Made by a program: the position numbers and the translations under genes. Below, one piece after another: positions 29,363 through 38,269 of a DNA stretch of 39,402 nt. The DNA lies in IMG/VR virus record IMGVR_UViG_3300020045_002177, positions 1-39,402 of that record. The stretch is one strand, 5' to 3'. The DNA comes from a virus (taxonomy: Duplodnaviria > Caudoviricetes). A model generated the notes under the pieces. That model ran no database searches. It saw only the letters and a program-made list of their open reading frames with translations, and was not told the DNA's origin. Each line of letters starts with the position of its first letter. Positions within the stretch are counted from its first letter, which is position 1.

Positions 29363-29593
29363 TTAGTAAGGCCACTTCTTACTTGTTGTAGTACTCCTAC
29401 CCTTCATTTCATTCTTTTCAAACTCACAAGCAGCTACATAAGCATTATAAAGACAAGCAGATAAACCATCTTCAAAATTATGTTCAAAATAGAAGAATGG
29501 TTTCATATCATTTATACGACACTCATAAATCTGTTTACCTTTACCATACTCCCCTTCACCTAACTTCTCTGTACGATTAACTATTGCAATCAT
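29363..29593 (-). CDS. Hypothetical protein
   Basis: AGGAG RBS; MIAIVN...YECRIN...FEH..EDGL..CL..A pattern. Confidence 0.8.
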   Translation of the reverse strand: MIAIVNRTEKLGEGEYGKGKQIYECRINDMKPFFYFEHNFEDGLSACLYNAYVAACEFEKNEMKGRSTTTSKKWPY

Positions 29594-29889
29594 TTAATAT
29601 CTCCTAATGCTTGTACTAATAAGTTAGCAATCTGATCTATAAGTTTCTCATGTTCTCTTAGTTGTTCTTCACCAAGAAAAAAGAATATCCAATGGAGTAA
29701 TTCATGATAAAATATTTGTTGGTGTAACACCTCCGTTATAGGATATGTTTCTAAAGAGGGCTGCATAATAATTTTATAATTTCTATAATCTGCTTTACCT
29801 AAACAATCTTCTGAGAAATATAAATCAGGAACCCACTCAACAGTAATTGTATGACCAAATAAATTAAACTGCTCTGGTATTTTAAACAG
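29590..29889 (-). CDS. HExxH metallopeptidase-like protein (ImmA/IrrE-like fold), probable CTG start; not in ORF track
   Basis: (M)FKIPEQFNLFGHTITVEW...CLGKADYRNYKIIMQ...IFYHELLHWIF...EKLIDQIANLLVQALGDIK; AAGGA 10 nt before CTG; ATGA overlap with the next gene. Confidence 0.75.
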   Translation of the reverse strand: MFKIPEQFNLFGHTITVEWVPDLYFSEDCLGKADYRNYKIIMQPSLETYPITEVLHQQIFYHELLHWIFFFLGEEQLREHEKLIDQIANLLVQALGDIK

Positions 29890-29892
29890 AGC

Positions 29893-30108
29893 TTATATTT
29901 CCTTTTTAACAATAACTAAAGGTTTTAGTTCAAGAGCTTCTGCTTTATCTAACATACCAATTTGTTCTGTAGATTGCCTACGATAAATATTAATATTAAC
30001 TTCCATATTCTCTCTACTAGCAGCATCTAAAAGAATATTAAGTTTTTCAACAATAGCTCTAATATCATTTGCAATTACTAATTTATCTTCATAAATATTT
30101 TCTGTCAT
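29893..30108 (-). CDS. Hypothetical protein
   Basis: Start moved to MTENI after an AAGGAG RBS; alternative start at 30183. Confidence 0.65.
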   Translation of the reverse strand: MTENIYEDKLVIANDIRAIVEKLNILLDAASRENMEVNINIYRRQSTEQIGMLDKAEALELKPLVIVKKEI

Positions 30109-30184
30109 TTTCTTTTCTCCTTTAAGAGTATTAATTAAGGTGTCTAGATAAGTAGGCGGATTATACAAATACTTTTCACTCATA

Positions 30185-30631
30185 TTAATAACAAGCAAAT
30201 TCTTTAAACAATTTATTTGCAGCTTTTTGATATGCAGCATTAGCTTCTTCGGCTGTATTATAACTACCTAACCAAATACGTTTCTCTAATTTAATTTGAG
30301 CATAATATTTCCTTTCTTTTTTATTATAATAAACTCCTTTTATACCTAACTTATTATCTCTTCTAACTCGCATATTTTGTTTATTTTGTGATGAAGTACA
30401 GACTCGTAAGTTGTCTCTTTTATTATTTAAACCATTATGATCTAAGTGATCTACTTCTAAACCAATAGGGTTATTTAATAAATCCCTGTGAAGTAGTATA
30501 GACTTTTTACCTATTGATCGTTTTACATATTGTCCATCCTTATTATTTTGTATACTCCAAGTATATTGAGAAACATATACAATATCTTCTGCATCTATTT
30601 CTATCCACCCATTTGTTACCTTAAATTTCAC
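30185..30631 (-). CDS. HNH homing endonuclease with AP2 DNA-binding domain
   Basis: LHR...VDHLDHNGLNNKRDNLR...QN and GIKGV...YYAQI...WLGSYNTAEEANAAY. Confidence 0.9.
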   Translation of the reverse strand: MKFKVTNGWIEIDAEDIVYVSQYTWSIQNNKDGQYVKRSIGKKSILLHRDLLNNPIGLEVDHLDHNGLNNKRDNLRVCTSSQNKQNMRVRRDNKLGIKGVYYNKKERKYYAQIKLEKRIWLGSYNTAEEANAAYQKAANKLFKEFACY

Positions 30632-32525
30632 AAGACCCTCCTATGCAAGCAAGTTCTTTAGCTCCTTGAGTATTATCCTCAGATTCAAAAAGGATTAATT
30701 CAGAATCAAAATTAATATCTATTTGTTTCCAATCTTTACATAAAGAATAATATTGCTCTTTTGTAATTTCTTCATAAGGAGCAAGTTGATAATTACCACC
30801 ATCATAATTTAGAAAGGATAGGCCACAAATAGAGTCCCAATTTTTATAAACCCAAGCCCCTACCTCAACCCACTCATCTTCTTTAATATAAATAGTAACA
30901 GAAGGATTACCATCACACCAAGCAGCATTAAACATTTTCCAATATTCTAGTTGTTCTATAGCTGTAAAATGATCTCTTAGTAAAGAGCCTCTTGGAGACT
31001 TAATAGGGAAATCAAAAACTAGAGTTGTATGCTCTTCCTTAGTTTGTCCTACTTCATAGTTTGAAGTAATACCTTTACTTATTAATAATTTAGCCATGGG
31101 GTCTTTAGCATTAACACGGACTCTACGAATATAGTAATCAGAATACCTAGGATGAATACCACTAGCTGTATTACATAATTGAGATACAGTTCCACTTGGT
31201 TTTGTTAGTGTTATCTGTTTAGGTACTGATATTCCTAATATTTGTGAATACTCGTTTGCACAGTCATGAGCATATTCCCGCAAGGATGTTAATAGTAACT
31301 CAGTAGTAGTATTAACTTTCTTAAATAAAGTATTATCACAAACGCCTGTTAAACTAACGCCGAGTAATCTTTCTGCCTCACAATTAATCTTCCACTGTTC
31401 TGAAACATTTTGAAAGTCTGTGAGGGTTGCTTGTAAACAACCTATTAATACTGCTGACTCAATCTTTTTCTTTATACCTTCTATTGTATCAGAAGGTTTA
31501 ACAATAACTTCTGATAAATTACACAATTCCTTTGTAAAGAGTATTGCTTCACCACATGGATTAGCTCGTACTTCACCAGCCCTGCGACCTAATTGATCTG
31601 CTTTTTTACGAGCAGCTTTAGTATTAAATAAACCACGTTCTCCACTACCAGAACGCATTAAATTTAACCACTCTTCCATAAACATAGCACTATCTGGTTT
31701 TTCTGTATATGCTACGGAGTTATTGGCTAAACTACGTTGATGGTTTTCAATATAAAACTGACCGTCTTTAGCATGTCTCATTCGTTGATCTGAGAGATTT
31801 GAGAATGATATACAAGCTGATCTTCTAACACCGCCAACTACTACACATGAAGCAATCATACAACAAATATCATGAACTTCTAGACTATTTAATTTATTCC
31901 CTTGTGCTCGTTTAAATACCTTTTGAATAAATTCTAGTAGTTGTTTTAGTGGTGCTGGCCCACTACTTCTTCCACCAAATGTTTTTAGTCGTGCTCCTTT
32001 TGGTCTAAGTAAGGAATAATCAAAGTTAATATGCTTACCTAGATAAAGGTTTTCTATACAAACATCAATAGCTTGTTTCCAACCTAATTTAGAATCGGGT
32101 ATTTGAAAAGTATAATCACTATTCTCTATCTGAGGTACTTCTGGTAACTTTACAATAAACTGTCTTTCTACACTAAATCCAACACCAGTACCATGCATAA
32201 GAATATATAACATTTCACCAAAATCTTTTTGATCTTCTATTGCAATAAAAGCACAATTATATGCTGCAAAATGATTGTCTTCTAAGGCTGGTCCTGCACT
32301 CCATAAGCAACGCATAGAGGGCATAACATCTTTAGTAGCTATTTGATTCATAGCTTGATTAAAAGTATCTTTCAGTCCAATAGGTACTTTTGGAGCAAAA
32401 AACTTTGCGTATCTATTTACTGTTTCATTCCAAGTCTCACGTCTACTTTCCTCTTCTATCCATCTAGAATAGGTTCGTTTATAAATAAACTCTGAGTATA
32501 GTTTCTGTATCTTTTCTGTTTGCAT
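30621..32525 (-). CDS. nrdJ: Class II (adenosylcobalamin-dependent) ribonucleotide reductase, monomeric RTPR-type
   Basis: YNC, GTGVGFSVE, VVGGVRRSA, NPCGE, LCNLSE, KPSGTVSQL and C-terminal LACIGGSCEI; no beta-subunit gene adjacent. Confidence 0.93.
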   Translation of the reverse strand: MQTEKIQKLYSEFIYKRTYSRWIEEESRRETWNETVNRYAKFFAPKVPIGLKDTFNQAMNQIATKDVMPSMRCLWSAGPALEDNHFAAYNCAFIAIEDQKDFGEMLYILMHGTGVGFSVERQFIVKLPEVPQIENSDYTFQIPDSKLGWKQAIDVCIENLYLGKHINFDYSLLRPKGARLKTFGGRSSGPAPLKQLLEFIQKVFKRAQGNKLNSLEVHDICCMIASCVVVGGVRRSACISFSNLSDQRMRHAKDGQFYIENHQRSLANNSVAYTEKPDSAMFMEEWLNLMRSGSGERGLFNTKAARKKADQLGRRAGEVRANPCGEAILFTKELCNLSEVIVKPSDTIEGIKKKIESAVLIGCLQATLTDFQNVSEQWKINCEAERLLGVSLTGVCDNTLFKKVNTTTELLLTSLREYAHDCANEYSQILGISVPKQITLTKPSGTVSQLCNTASGIHPRYSDYYIRRVRVNAKDPMAKLLISKGITSNYEVGQTKEEHTTLVFDFPIKSPRGSLLRDHFTAIEQLEYWKMFNAAWCDGNPSVTIYIKEDEWVEVGAWVYKNWDSICGLSFLNYDGGNYQLAPYEEITKEQYYSLCKDWKQIDINFDSELILFESEDNTQGAKELACIGGSCEI

Positions 32526-32544
32526 TAAATCTCCTTTTTATTTT

Positions 32545-32583
32545 AGAAAGAAATCCCCTACTAAAAATTAATCTAGTAGGGGA
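32545..32583 (-). terminator. Intrinsic terminator-like hairpin between dut and nrdJ
   Basis: Perfect 10-bp stem TCCCCTACTA/TAGTAGGGGA followed on the - strand by TTTCTTTCT. Confidence 0.7.
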
Positions 32584-32608
32584 GTAATATAAACCTATTT
32601 AAACTAAA

Positions 32609-33121
32609 TTACAAGAGAATTATTTTAGGTTCTTCTGGCATAATTATTTGAGCATCTTCTATGCCAGTGCTACCAAAACCCCCTGCACCTCTTACAGTAT
32701 CAATAAGATCATCAGTGATATCCCAAGCTGCTTGTTCTACTTTGTTAAATACTGCTTGAGCAATCCGATCACCTTTAGCAAAAGTAGCTGGCATTGGAGA
32801 GAAGTTAATAAGAAGAACAGCTACTTCGCCTCTGTAATCAGCATCAACTGTACCCGGTTGATTCATAACAATAATGCCATTAGAAGCTAGTCCTGATCTA
32901 GATCGAATCTGCATTTCATACCCTTGAGGTACTTCTACTGCAAATCCAAGATCAATCTTAGCAAGACCACCCGGTTCTAGAATAAACTCTTCTCTACAAG
33001 CTAGATCACAGCCAGCACTACCAGCAGTTTTATACTCAGGGATAACTGCACCTTCTTTAAGTCGTTTGTATTTAACAGTAATATATGGTTGCGGTTTAGC
33101 TTTCTTTAGTTTATTACTCAA
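32609..33121 (-). CDS. dut: Trimeric dUTPase
   Basis: Motifs AGCDL, RSGLA, GTVDADYRGE, GDRIAQ, RGAGGFGSTG. Confidence 0.97.
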   Translation of the reverse strand: MSNKLKKAKPQPYITVKYKRLKEGAVIPEYKTAGSAGCDLACREEFILEPGGLAKIDLGFAVEVPQGYEMQIRSRSGLASNGIIVMNQPGTVDADYRGEVAVLLINFSPMPATFAKGDRIAQAVFNKVEQAAWDITDDLIDTVRGAGGFGSTGIEDAQIIMPEEPKIILL

Positions 33122-33410
33122 CAGATTCTCCTTTATATTTTAATTCAATAAGTAAGTCTATAAAATGTTTAGCTTTTTTCAGATCATACAGCCCATTCTT
33201 TAAAGAATGTCTACAAATATACTTAATAACACATCCCTCAATAAAAGGAATATTATTAACGGTAATAAACTCTACAGGTTGAATCTTCATCTGTTTGTAA
33301 TGATTGCCAGAAACTTGTATATCTAAAGGACTTGCTTTCTTTGTATCATTTAATTTAAGTCTATCAAAAAATTCTTTATTAGGTAATTCATATCTTTCAT
33401 TATTCAGCAA
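33114..33410 (-). CDS. DUF3310 protein (T7 gp1.7 nucleotide kinase-like)
   Basis: QVSGNHYK..KIQPVEF...GCVIKYICR...KNG..DLKKAKHF; probable TTG start at 33410 after GGAG. Confidence 0.85.
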   Translation of the reverse strand: MLNNERYELPNKEFFDRLKLNDTKKASPLDIQVSGNHYKQMKIQPVEFITVNNIPFIEGCVIKYICRHSLKNGLYDLKKAKHFIDLLIELKYKGESVE

Positions 33411-33585
33411 TATCGCTCCAAAAGTCTTCGGAGTAGGTTGATTCCCAATCTTTGATAGCTCTTGTAATTCCTCTGTGAAATTCAGTGTCCTCTGGTCGTT
33501 TCCATTCAACATAGTTTTGTGTCTCCCAACCGCATGATAATAGTTTGTTTACTGCTTGAAAGTATTGTGCCGTGGCTAATCTCAT
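33400..33585 (-). CDS. Hypothetical protein
   Basis: AAGGAG RBS; 61 aa. Confidence 0.7.
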   Translation of the reverse strand: MRLATAQYFQAVNKLLSCGWETQNYVEWKRPEDTEFHRGITRAIKDWESTYSEDFWSDIAE

Positions 33586-33597
33586 TTAGTATCTCCT

Positions 33598-34380
33598 TTA
33601 GTGTTTATCTCCCATATACCTTCGTTTTAAGTATTCCATTGAGATTGGCAACTCATCAAAGGAACCGTTAGAGACTTCGTTCAAGAACCAAATACCCCTC
33701 CAATGAATATTTGTTTGTGCATTTAGATAATCCTCATCGTGAGCATAATAAGAGCCGCTGATTATGCCTGTTAAACGCTCACCATTTGCTTTCTGAGCGT
33801 ATGCAATATCCCTACCCTGCTGATGTCCTGCAACACAACTCATGTGATGCTTAGTAAGTAACATCTTAGCTGTAGTAACAGGCCTACCTAATACACCAGA
33901 TGTGAAGAAGTGACTATAAGCTATACCATCTATCTCAATGACTTGAAGATAAGGTATTACTTCCCAACCAAACTGTTCGTAACCTAAATCTTTAACACTA
34001 ATTAAACCGTCTAACTTAGGGTCAAGATTAACAGCACGATCAATTCGATTCTCATGATTACCAAGAAGCATAACCATTCTTGGTTTCCATTGTTTCTCTT
34101 TATTTTTAATTAATCTGGCTTGTTCTCTACGGATAGGTAACATAAATAAACTCATAGCTTCTTTAACAACAGCTACGTCTTGAGTATATCTACGTCCTTC
34201 AAAGGCTTTTGTTCCTTTATCATAGGAAGATAAAGAAGGCATATCAGCGAAGTCACCTAAACAAACAATGACCTCTGGTTTCTTTTCAACAATATACTGT
34301 GCGGCATGTATCAAATGATCTAAAGGAACTCCGGCTTTAACTTGACAGTCAGGAATAACTGCATGTCTTTTATTAGTCAT
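33598..34380 (-). CDS. Calcineurin-like metallophosphoesterase
   Basis: IPDCQ, LGDFAD, GNHE, YSH and GHQQ motifs. Confidence 0.9.
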   Translation of the reverse strand: MTNKRHAVIPDCQVKAGVPLDHLIHAAQYIVEKKPEVIVCLGDFADMPSLSSYDKGTKAFEGRRYTQDVAVVKEAMSLFMLPIRREQARLIKNKEKQWKPRMVMLLGNHENRIDRAVNLDPKLDGLISVKDLGYEQFGWEVIPYLQVIEIDGIAYSHFFTSGVLGRPVTTAKMLLTKHHMSCVAGHQQGRDIAYAQKANGERLTGIISGSYYAHDEDYLNAQTNIHWRGIWFLNEVSNGSFDELPISMEYLKRRYMGDKH

Positions 34381-34532
34381 TAGGTAATATCTTCCTCCGT
34401 AGTCTCGAAGAGTATCTCTTCTTGTTTATTTGTAGAACAGTTTAAATTCTCACACCAATATTCAAAACCATCAGTGAATAAATATGCTTTGCAAGTAGGA
34501 CAACGATGAAATACTTTATGTGGTTGTTTCAT
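34380..34532 (-). CDS. Small zinc-finger protein (50 aa, not in ORF track)
   Basis: MKQPHKVFHRCPTCKAYLFTDGFEYWCENLNCSTNKQEEILFETTEEDIT; TAATG coupling to the next gene. Confidence 0.7.
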   Translation of the reverse strand: MKQPHKVFHRCPTCKAYLFTDGFEYWCENLNCSTNKQEEILFETTEEDIT

Positions 34533-34938
34533 AAGTAACCCATTCTGTAGGAAATTGTGGATTTTTTAGATCAGAAATAATAGCATAAGGTATCTTATGT
34601 TTCTTAGCCCAATCAGAATATCTAGACTTTCCCATCTTATTATCTGATTGAAATAAAAAATAGATAACAAGGTCAGGATTACTAGCTTTAATTTGAAGAT
34701 GTTTAGTTCTATCTGTAGAATTAAAATAACCTTTCGTTTCAATTATTTTATTATCTACAATAAAATCAGGTGTGTAAATACCTTTTTTAATTATGGTATT
34801 ACAACAAGGGCAGGATTGTTTTACATAGGAGATTTTTAAGGTTTCATACTCGTAGGGGATATTTTTACTTTCTAAATCCTCCATTATTTTTTGCTCGAAT
34901 CCGCTTCTTCCTCTTAGATTCTTTTTCGGCTTTCTCAC
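34516..34938 (-). CDS. T7 endonuclease I-like Holliday junction resolvase
   Basis: RSGFE...YEYE...YTPDF...IIETKGYF...DRTKHL...RYSDWAKKH. Confidence 0.9.
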   Translation of the reverse strand: MRKPKKNLRGRSGFEQKIMEDLESKNIPYEYETLKISYVKQSCPCCNTIIKKGIYTPDFIVDNKIIETKGYFNSTDRTKHLQIKASNPDLVIYFLFQSDNKMGKSRYSDWAKKHKIPYAIISDLKNPQFPTEWVTYETTT

Positions 34939-35102
34939 GTAATTTTTCCTTTATTAAAAGAGATAAGTCAAACTTTTTTTCACAGGTATATTTATGTTTG
35001 TTCTTAAAATATTTCTTTTGTATTGGAATCAGATTCTTTTTTAAAATAAACTCTACAAATGGTTTCATTTCCTCTATAAAAGATTTATTTATAATACTAA
35101 TA

Positions 35103-35360
35103 TTAATCTCCTTTCTTCCTTCCACCTTTGTGATGTGATGGGTCAATTTTATTGTGGCCAGCTTTAGTTGTAATCTCTAGATTAGAAGCTTTATTATTAC
35201 TTGGATTAGAATCTTTGTGATGCACAATAGCTCCCGCAGGAAGTGGGCCACCGTTCATCTTTTCTGCTTGAATCCTATGGGCATATTTCCAGCGCTCAGT
35301 ACCGTCTTTGTTCTTTCCTTGATAAATCTGAATATGACCAGAAGCCATCTTTTTTCCCAT
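35103..35360 (-). CDS. Minimal HNH endonuclease
   Basis: AHR...VHHKDSNPSNNKASNLE...HN; AAGGAG RBS. Confidence 0.85.
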   Translation of the reverse strand: MGKKMASGHIQIYQGKNKDGTERWKYAHRIQAEKMNGGPLPAGAIVHHKDSNPSNNKASNLEITTKAGHNKIDPSHHKGGRKKGD

Positions 35361-35375
35361 AAATACGCTCCTTCT

Positions 35376-35561
35376 TTAATGTTCTATATTATCTTCAATC
35401 CCTGCAAAGAAATCTTCTGTACCTTCTGCACAACTGTAACCAAGAATTACTTCTTGTCCATCCATCTCTATTGTTAATGGAATAATAGTAATATCGGTAT
35501 TAGTACATTTTTCTTTAATTGGATTATTAAAAACACAAGTAGTACATTTACAATTAATCAA
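35376..35561 (-). CDS. Small Cys-rich protein (DUF1540-like)
   Basis: TTG start after GGAGG; INCKCTTCVFN...C...I.I...C. Confidence 0.6.
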   Translation of the reverse strand: MINCKCTTCVFNNPIKEKCTNTDITIIPLTIEMDGQEVILGYSCAEGTEDFFAGIEDNIEH

Positions 35562-36069
35562 GGAAAGCCTCCATAATAGTTGTAAGAGGTACTGGATAAT
35601 AATTATGCATCTCAACACTAACGCAATAACTATTAGCACCAAGACGTAATCCTAATCCATGAGTATGTCCATGAATAAATTTATGTTCTGTTAGAACCCC
35701 TGCAACAGCAGGGTCATGAATAAGAGTCCAAATACCTAGTTTCATTGAAGTATGCACACTTTCAAAACCCATCTCTACAAAATCAAAAGCAGGAATAAAA
35801 TCATGATTACCTAGAATTAAAATATGTCTACCATTTAAACTCTTTAGAATATGTGCCGCATCTTTCCAATGACGAATAAAAGCAAAGTCACCGAGATGAT
35901 AAGTTACATCTTCTTTTGCTACCACTTCATTGTGATTTTTAATAATTGTTTTATTCATTTGATCTACTGATTTAAAAGGTCTACCTTCTCGTCTACCACC
36001 AAAAGCTTCTTTACCAATAATATTACTATGATAATAATGTTCATCTGCTGTGAACCAAATTTTACCCAT
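35554..36069 (-). CDS. Calcineurin-like metallophosphoesterase
   Basis: WFTADEH, LGDF, GNHD, IHDP and IHGHTH motifs. Confidence 0.92.
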   Translation of the reverse strand: MGKIWFTADEHYYHSNIIGKEAFGGRREGRPFKSVDQMNKTIIKNHNEVVAKEDVTYHLGDFAFIRHWKDAAHILKSLNGRHILILGNHDFIPAFDFVEMGFESVHTSMKLGIWTLIHDPAVAGVLTEHKFIHGHTHGLGLRLGANSYCVSVEMHNYYPVPLTTIMEAFLD

Positions 36070-36931
36070 TGTTTAAATTCTCCTTATAATCTTTATATTG
36101 ACTACAGTAATCTCGTACACTACAATAGCCATCTTCACATCTGGTACGTTTACCGCATCTTGTTTGAAGATAATGATCTTTATGTTTATCTTCTAATTCC
36201 CATTCTGCTTGATCTTTATCATCAAATACTTTTACTGCTGTCTTGCGACCTACTTTCATAAGAGCATACTTAGTAGATTGTTCCCACATATCTTCACTAG
36301 AACATTCTGGTAACTGGTCGTCTGTTAAATCCTCTGCGGCTTTATGGTGAGCTAATCGTTCTGTCATTTCTTCTTCTGCTTTATCAGCCCCCCACAATGT
36401 AAGAGGAATAATAACAATAGGTGTTTGAGGATAGCTAGGATTCTGTTTAGCTTTATTTTTATCCCAATCTCTAAGAATAGCACAGATTCTTAGTTGTCGT
36501 ACCTCATGCCCTTCTGATCTAAACAAATGGGCATAGAAATTAAGTTGTTCAGTCCACTCTTTAATACGAGAACCATATACTAGAGTCCAAGCTGACGTAA
36601 CTTTATAATCTGTAATGATTTGGTTATTATAATGATCAAATTTACCACCAATACAACGATCTAGTATTGTTACGTATAGTCTTTCTTCTGTTTTAGCTTC
36701 TTCATGTGAACAACGATCAAAGATATCATGTGCTATTTCACCAAATAAACTAAACACTCTATCCATAGCGTCTTCACTTAATTCTGAATAATATCTGCGA
36801 GTTAGTTGTGTAATGCGTGGCGGCTGCAAAAGGGTTGTGACACTATAATCTGATTTTCCAGCATCATAATTATTTTGTGCAATGGCAGTATAAATTTCAT
36901 GAGGTAAATTGTGTTTATTTGTTATCTGCAT
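36062..36931 (-). CDS. PD-(D/E)xK exonuclease (phage Cas4/RecB-like)
   Basis: SVTTLL, GEIAH, EER, GKFD, DYK, QLNFY and C-terminal RC...YCSVRDYCSQY; start moved to MQITNK. Confidence 0.8.
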   Translation of the reverse strand: MQITNKHNLPHEIYTAIAQNNYDAGKSDYSVTTLLQPPRITQLTRRYYSELSEDAMDRVFSLFGEIAHDIFDRCSHEEAKTEERLYVTILDRCIGGKFDHYNNQIITDYKVTSAWTLVYGSRIKEWTEQLNFYAHLFRSEGHEVRQLRICAILRDWDKNKAKQNPSYPQTPIVIIPLTLWGADKAEEEMTERLAHHKAAEDLTDDQLPECSSEDMWEQSTKYALMKVGRKTAVKVFDDKDQAEWELEDKHKDHYLQTRCGKRTRCEDGYCSVRDYCSQYKDYKENLNNG

Positions 36932-37448
36932 AATGTATCTCCCTATGACAATTAGCACAAACTAAAATGCATTTAGCTAATTCTTGGTCTAATATTTCTT
37001 GTGGTTGCCTATATAAATAAGAAATATTATATTCTTTTTCTTTAGGATTTAAATGATGAAAGTCATAAACATACCAAGAATAAACTTGCTTACATATAAA
37101 ACATACATCACCTAACTTTTTTATTAAGTGTTCTTTAACTTGCTGTTTTTGTAAGCGCACTTTTCTTGAGATTTTTTCCTCATGTTTGGTATAATACACT
37201 TGCTGTATTGCTCTTCTTTTTTCTTTATTCTGTTCCCAATACTCTTTATGCTGCTCTTTATATTTTTTATAGTTTTCATGTGCTTTTTTACTTAGCTCCT
37301 CTTTAGAAAAACGACTTTTATATTCCACAGCTATTTCTTTTTTACATGCTCGGCATACTTTATAGTATCTAGTAGCTGATCTTTTATCTCTATAAAAATT
37401 ATCTAAAGTTTTTTCTTCTTTACATCTATTACAACGAATCTTATCCAT
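36915..37448 (-). CDS. HNH endonuclease with N-terminal zinc finger
   Basis: CNRC...CRAC, CFIC, DFHHLNP...KCILVCANCHREIH. Confidence 0.85.
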   Translation of the reverse strand: MDKIRCNRCKEEKTLDNFYRDKRSATRYYKVCRACKKEIAVEYKSRFSKEELSKKAHENYKKYKEQHKEYWEQNKEKRRAIQQVYYTKHEEKISRKVRLQKQQVKEHLIKKLGDVCFICKQVYSWYVYDFHHLNPKEKEYNISYLYRQPQEILDQELAKCILVCANCHREIHYADNK

Positions 37449-37466
37449 TATACCATCCTTTCTACT

Positions 37467-37601
37467 TCACCCTTCGTGTCTTTTACCATCAGGGTCTACA
37501 ATATAATAACCACAAGCAGTACAAGCTTGTAACCCACATTGTACTCCCCTAGGTGCTTCACAACCTTTAGGCCTATAAGGATTCTTTTCAGATTTAATCA
37601 T
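37467..37601 (-). CDS. Small Cys-rich protein (44 aa, not in ORF track)
   Basis: MIKSEKNPYRPKGCEAPRGVQCGLQACTACGYYIVDPDGKRHEG; GAGGA RBS. Confidence 0.6.
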   Translation of the reverse strand: MIKSEKNPYRPKGCEAPRGVQCGLQACTACGYYIVDPDGKRHEG

Positions 37602-37779
37602 AATGTTTATCCTCTAGTTGTCCTTGATATTCTTCATCATAAACTGTTTTTACATAATCAGGAGTAGACCAATTATTAAACATATTAGAATAATAAACAG
37701 CTTGTCCTGTTGGGCAGCAACTTTCTGCATTTTGAAAAAATGTATAGTTCTGTTGACAGATACTGCATTTATAACTCAT
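37594..37779 (-). CDS. Small zinc-finger protein
   Basis: YKCSIC...AESCC; GGAG RBS before ATG 37779. Confidence 0.7.
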   Translation of the reverse strand: MSYKCSICQQNYTFFQNAESCCPTGQAVYYSNMFNNWSTPDYVKTVYDEEYQGQLEDKHYD

Positions 37780-37781
37780 AA

Positions 37782-38030
37782 TTAAATCTCCCATATTTCT
37801 GTGTAAACTGAATCACCGCATTGGTCACAAGTTTCACTTACTTTATTATCTGTTTCTTGTATAAGATTAAGTAGTTGAGAGATAGTTATATGTTCTTCTC
37901 TAGCATTATTTTTAATAATAGCTAAGAGTCTTTCTATAATGTATCTTTTATTTTCAATGCCGTCTAAATGCGTTCCATCAACAAAAATAGAATCACTTAT
38001 TACACAACCATTATGTCTTTCAATTCTCAT
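37782..38030 (-). CDS. Hypothetical protein with C-terminal CxxC
   Basis: ATGA coupling with the upstream gene; TCDQCGD. Confidence 0.75.
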   Translation of the reverse strand: MRIERHNGCVISDSIFVDGTHLDGIENKRYIIERLLAIIKNNAREEHITISQLLNLIQETDNKVSETCDQCGDSVYTEIWEI

Positions 38031-38269
38031 AGTACTTTCCTTTCTTTTACATAATATTTATATTTACCTTTAAGATAGTTCATGTTATGTAATTCTATAT
38101 CAAAATAAGTACCTATTACAAATGTTTTATGGGATTTCTGTAAGGCATAAACTTTATCTGCTTCTGTTTGGCAGATTTCTTTTGCCAGCATTGCTTCTGT
38201 CCACTGTTGAAAAACATTAACTACCCAAGCTCTCTCCCCTTGTTTTCCTATTAATAAATAGACTTTCAT
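38027..38269 (-). CDS. Hypothetical protein
   Basis: ATGA overlaps at both ends; MKVYLL N-terminus is common in small phage proteins. Confidence 0.75.
   Translation of the reverse strand: MKVYLLIGKQGERAWVVNVFQQWTEAMLAKEICQTEADKVYALQKSHKTFVIGTYFDIELHNMNYLKGKYKYYVKERKVL

Noticed and set aside
1179-32525. Introns or inteins in terL or nrdJ
   Set aside because: Both are uninterrupted and of normal length, with no intein splice-junction motifs noticed.
32526-32608. Cobalamin riboswitch upstream of nrdJ
   Set aside because: Only about 80 nt containing one hairpin; too short and no B12-box recognisable.
34865-35146. Lys-rich 93-aa ORF
   Set aside because: It overlaps both neighbours and has no well-spaced RBS; a shorter version from ATG 35068 is possible but unsupported.
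36062-36931. Cas4-like nuclease as part of a CRISPR system
   Set aside because: No repeat-spacer array or other cas genes; solo PD-(D/E)xK exonucleases are ordinary phage recombination genes.
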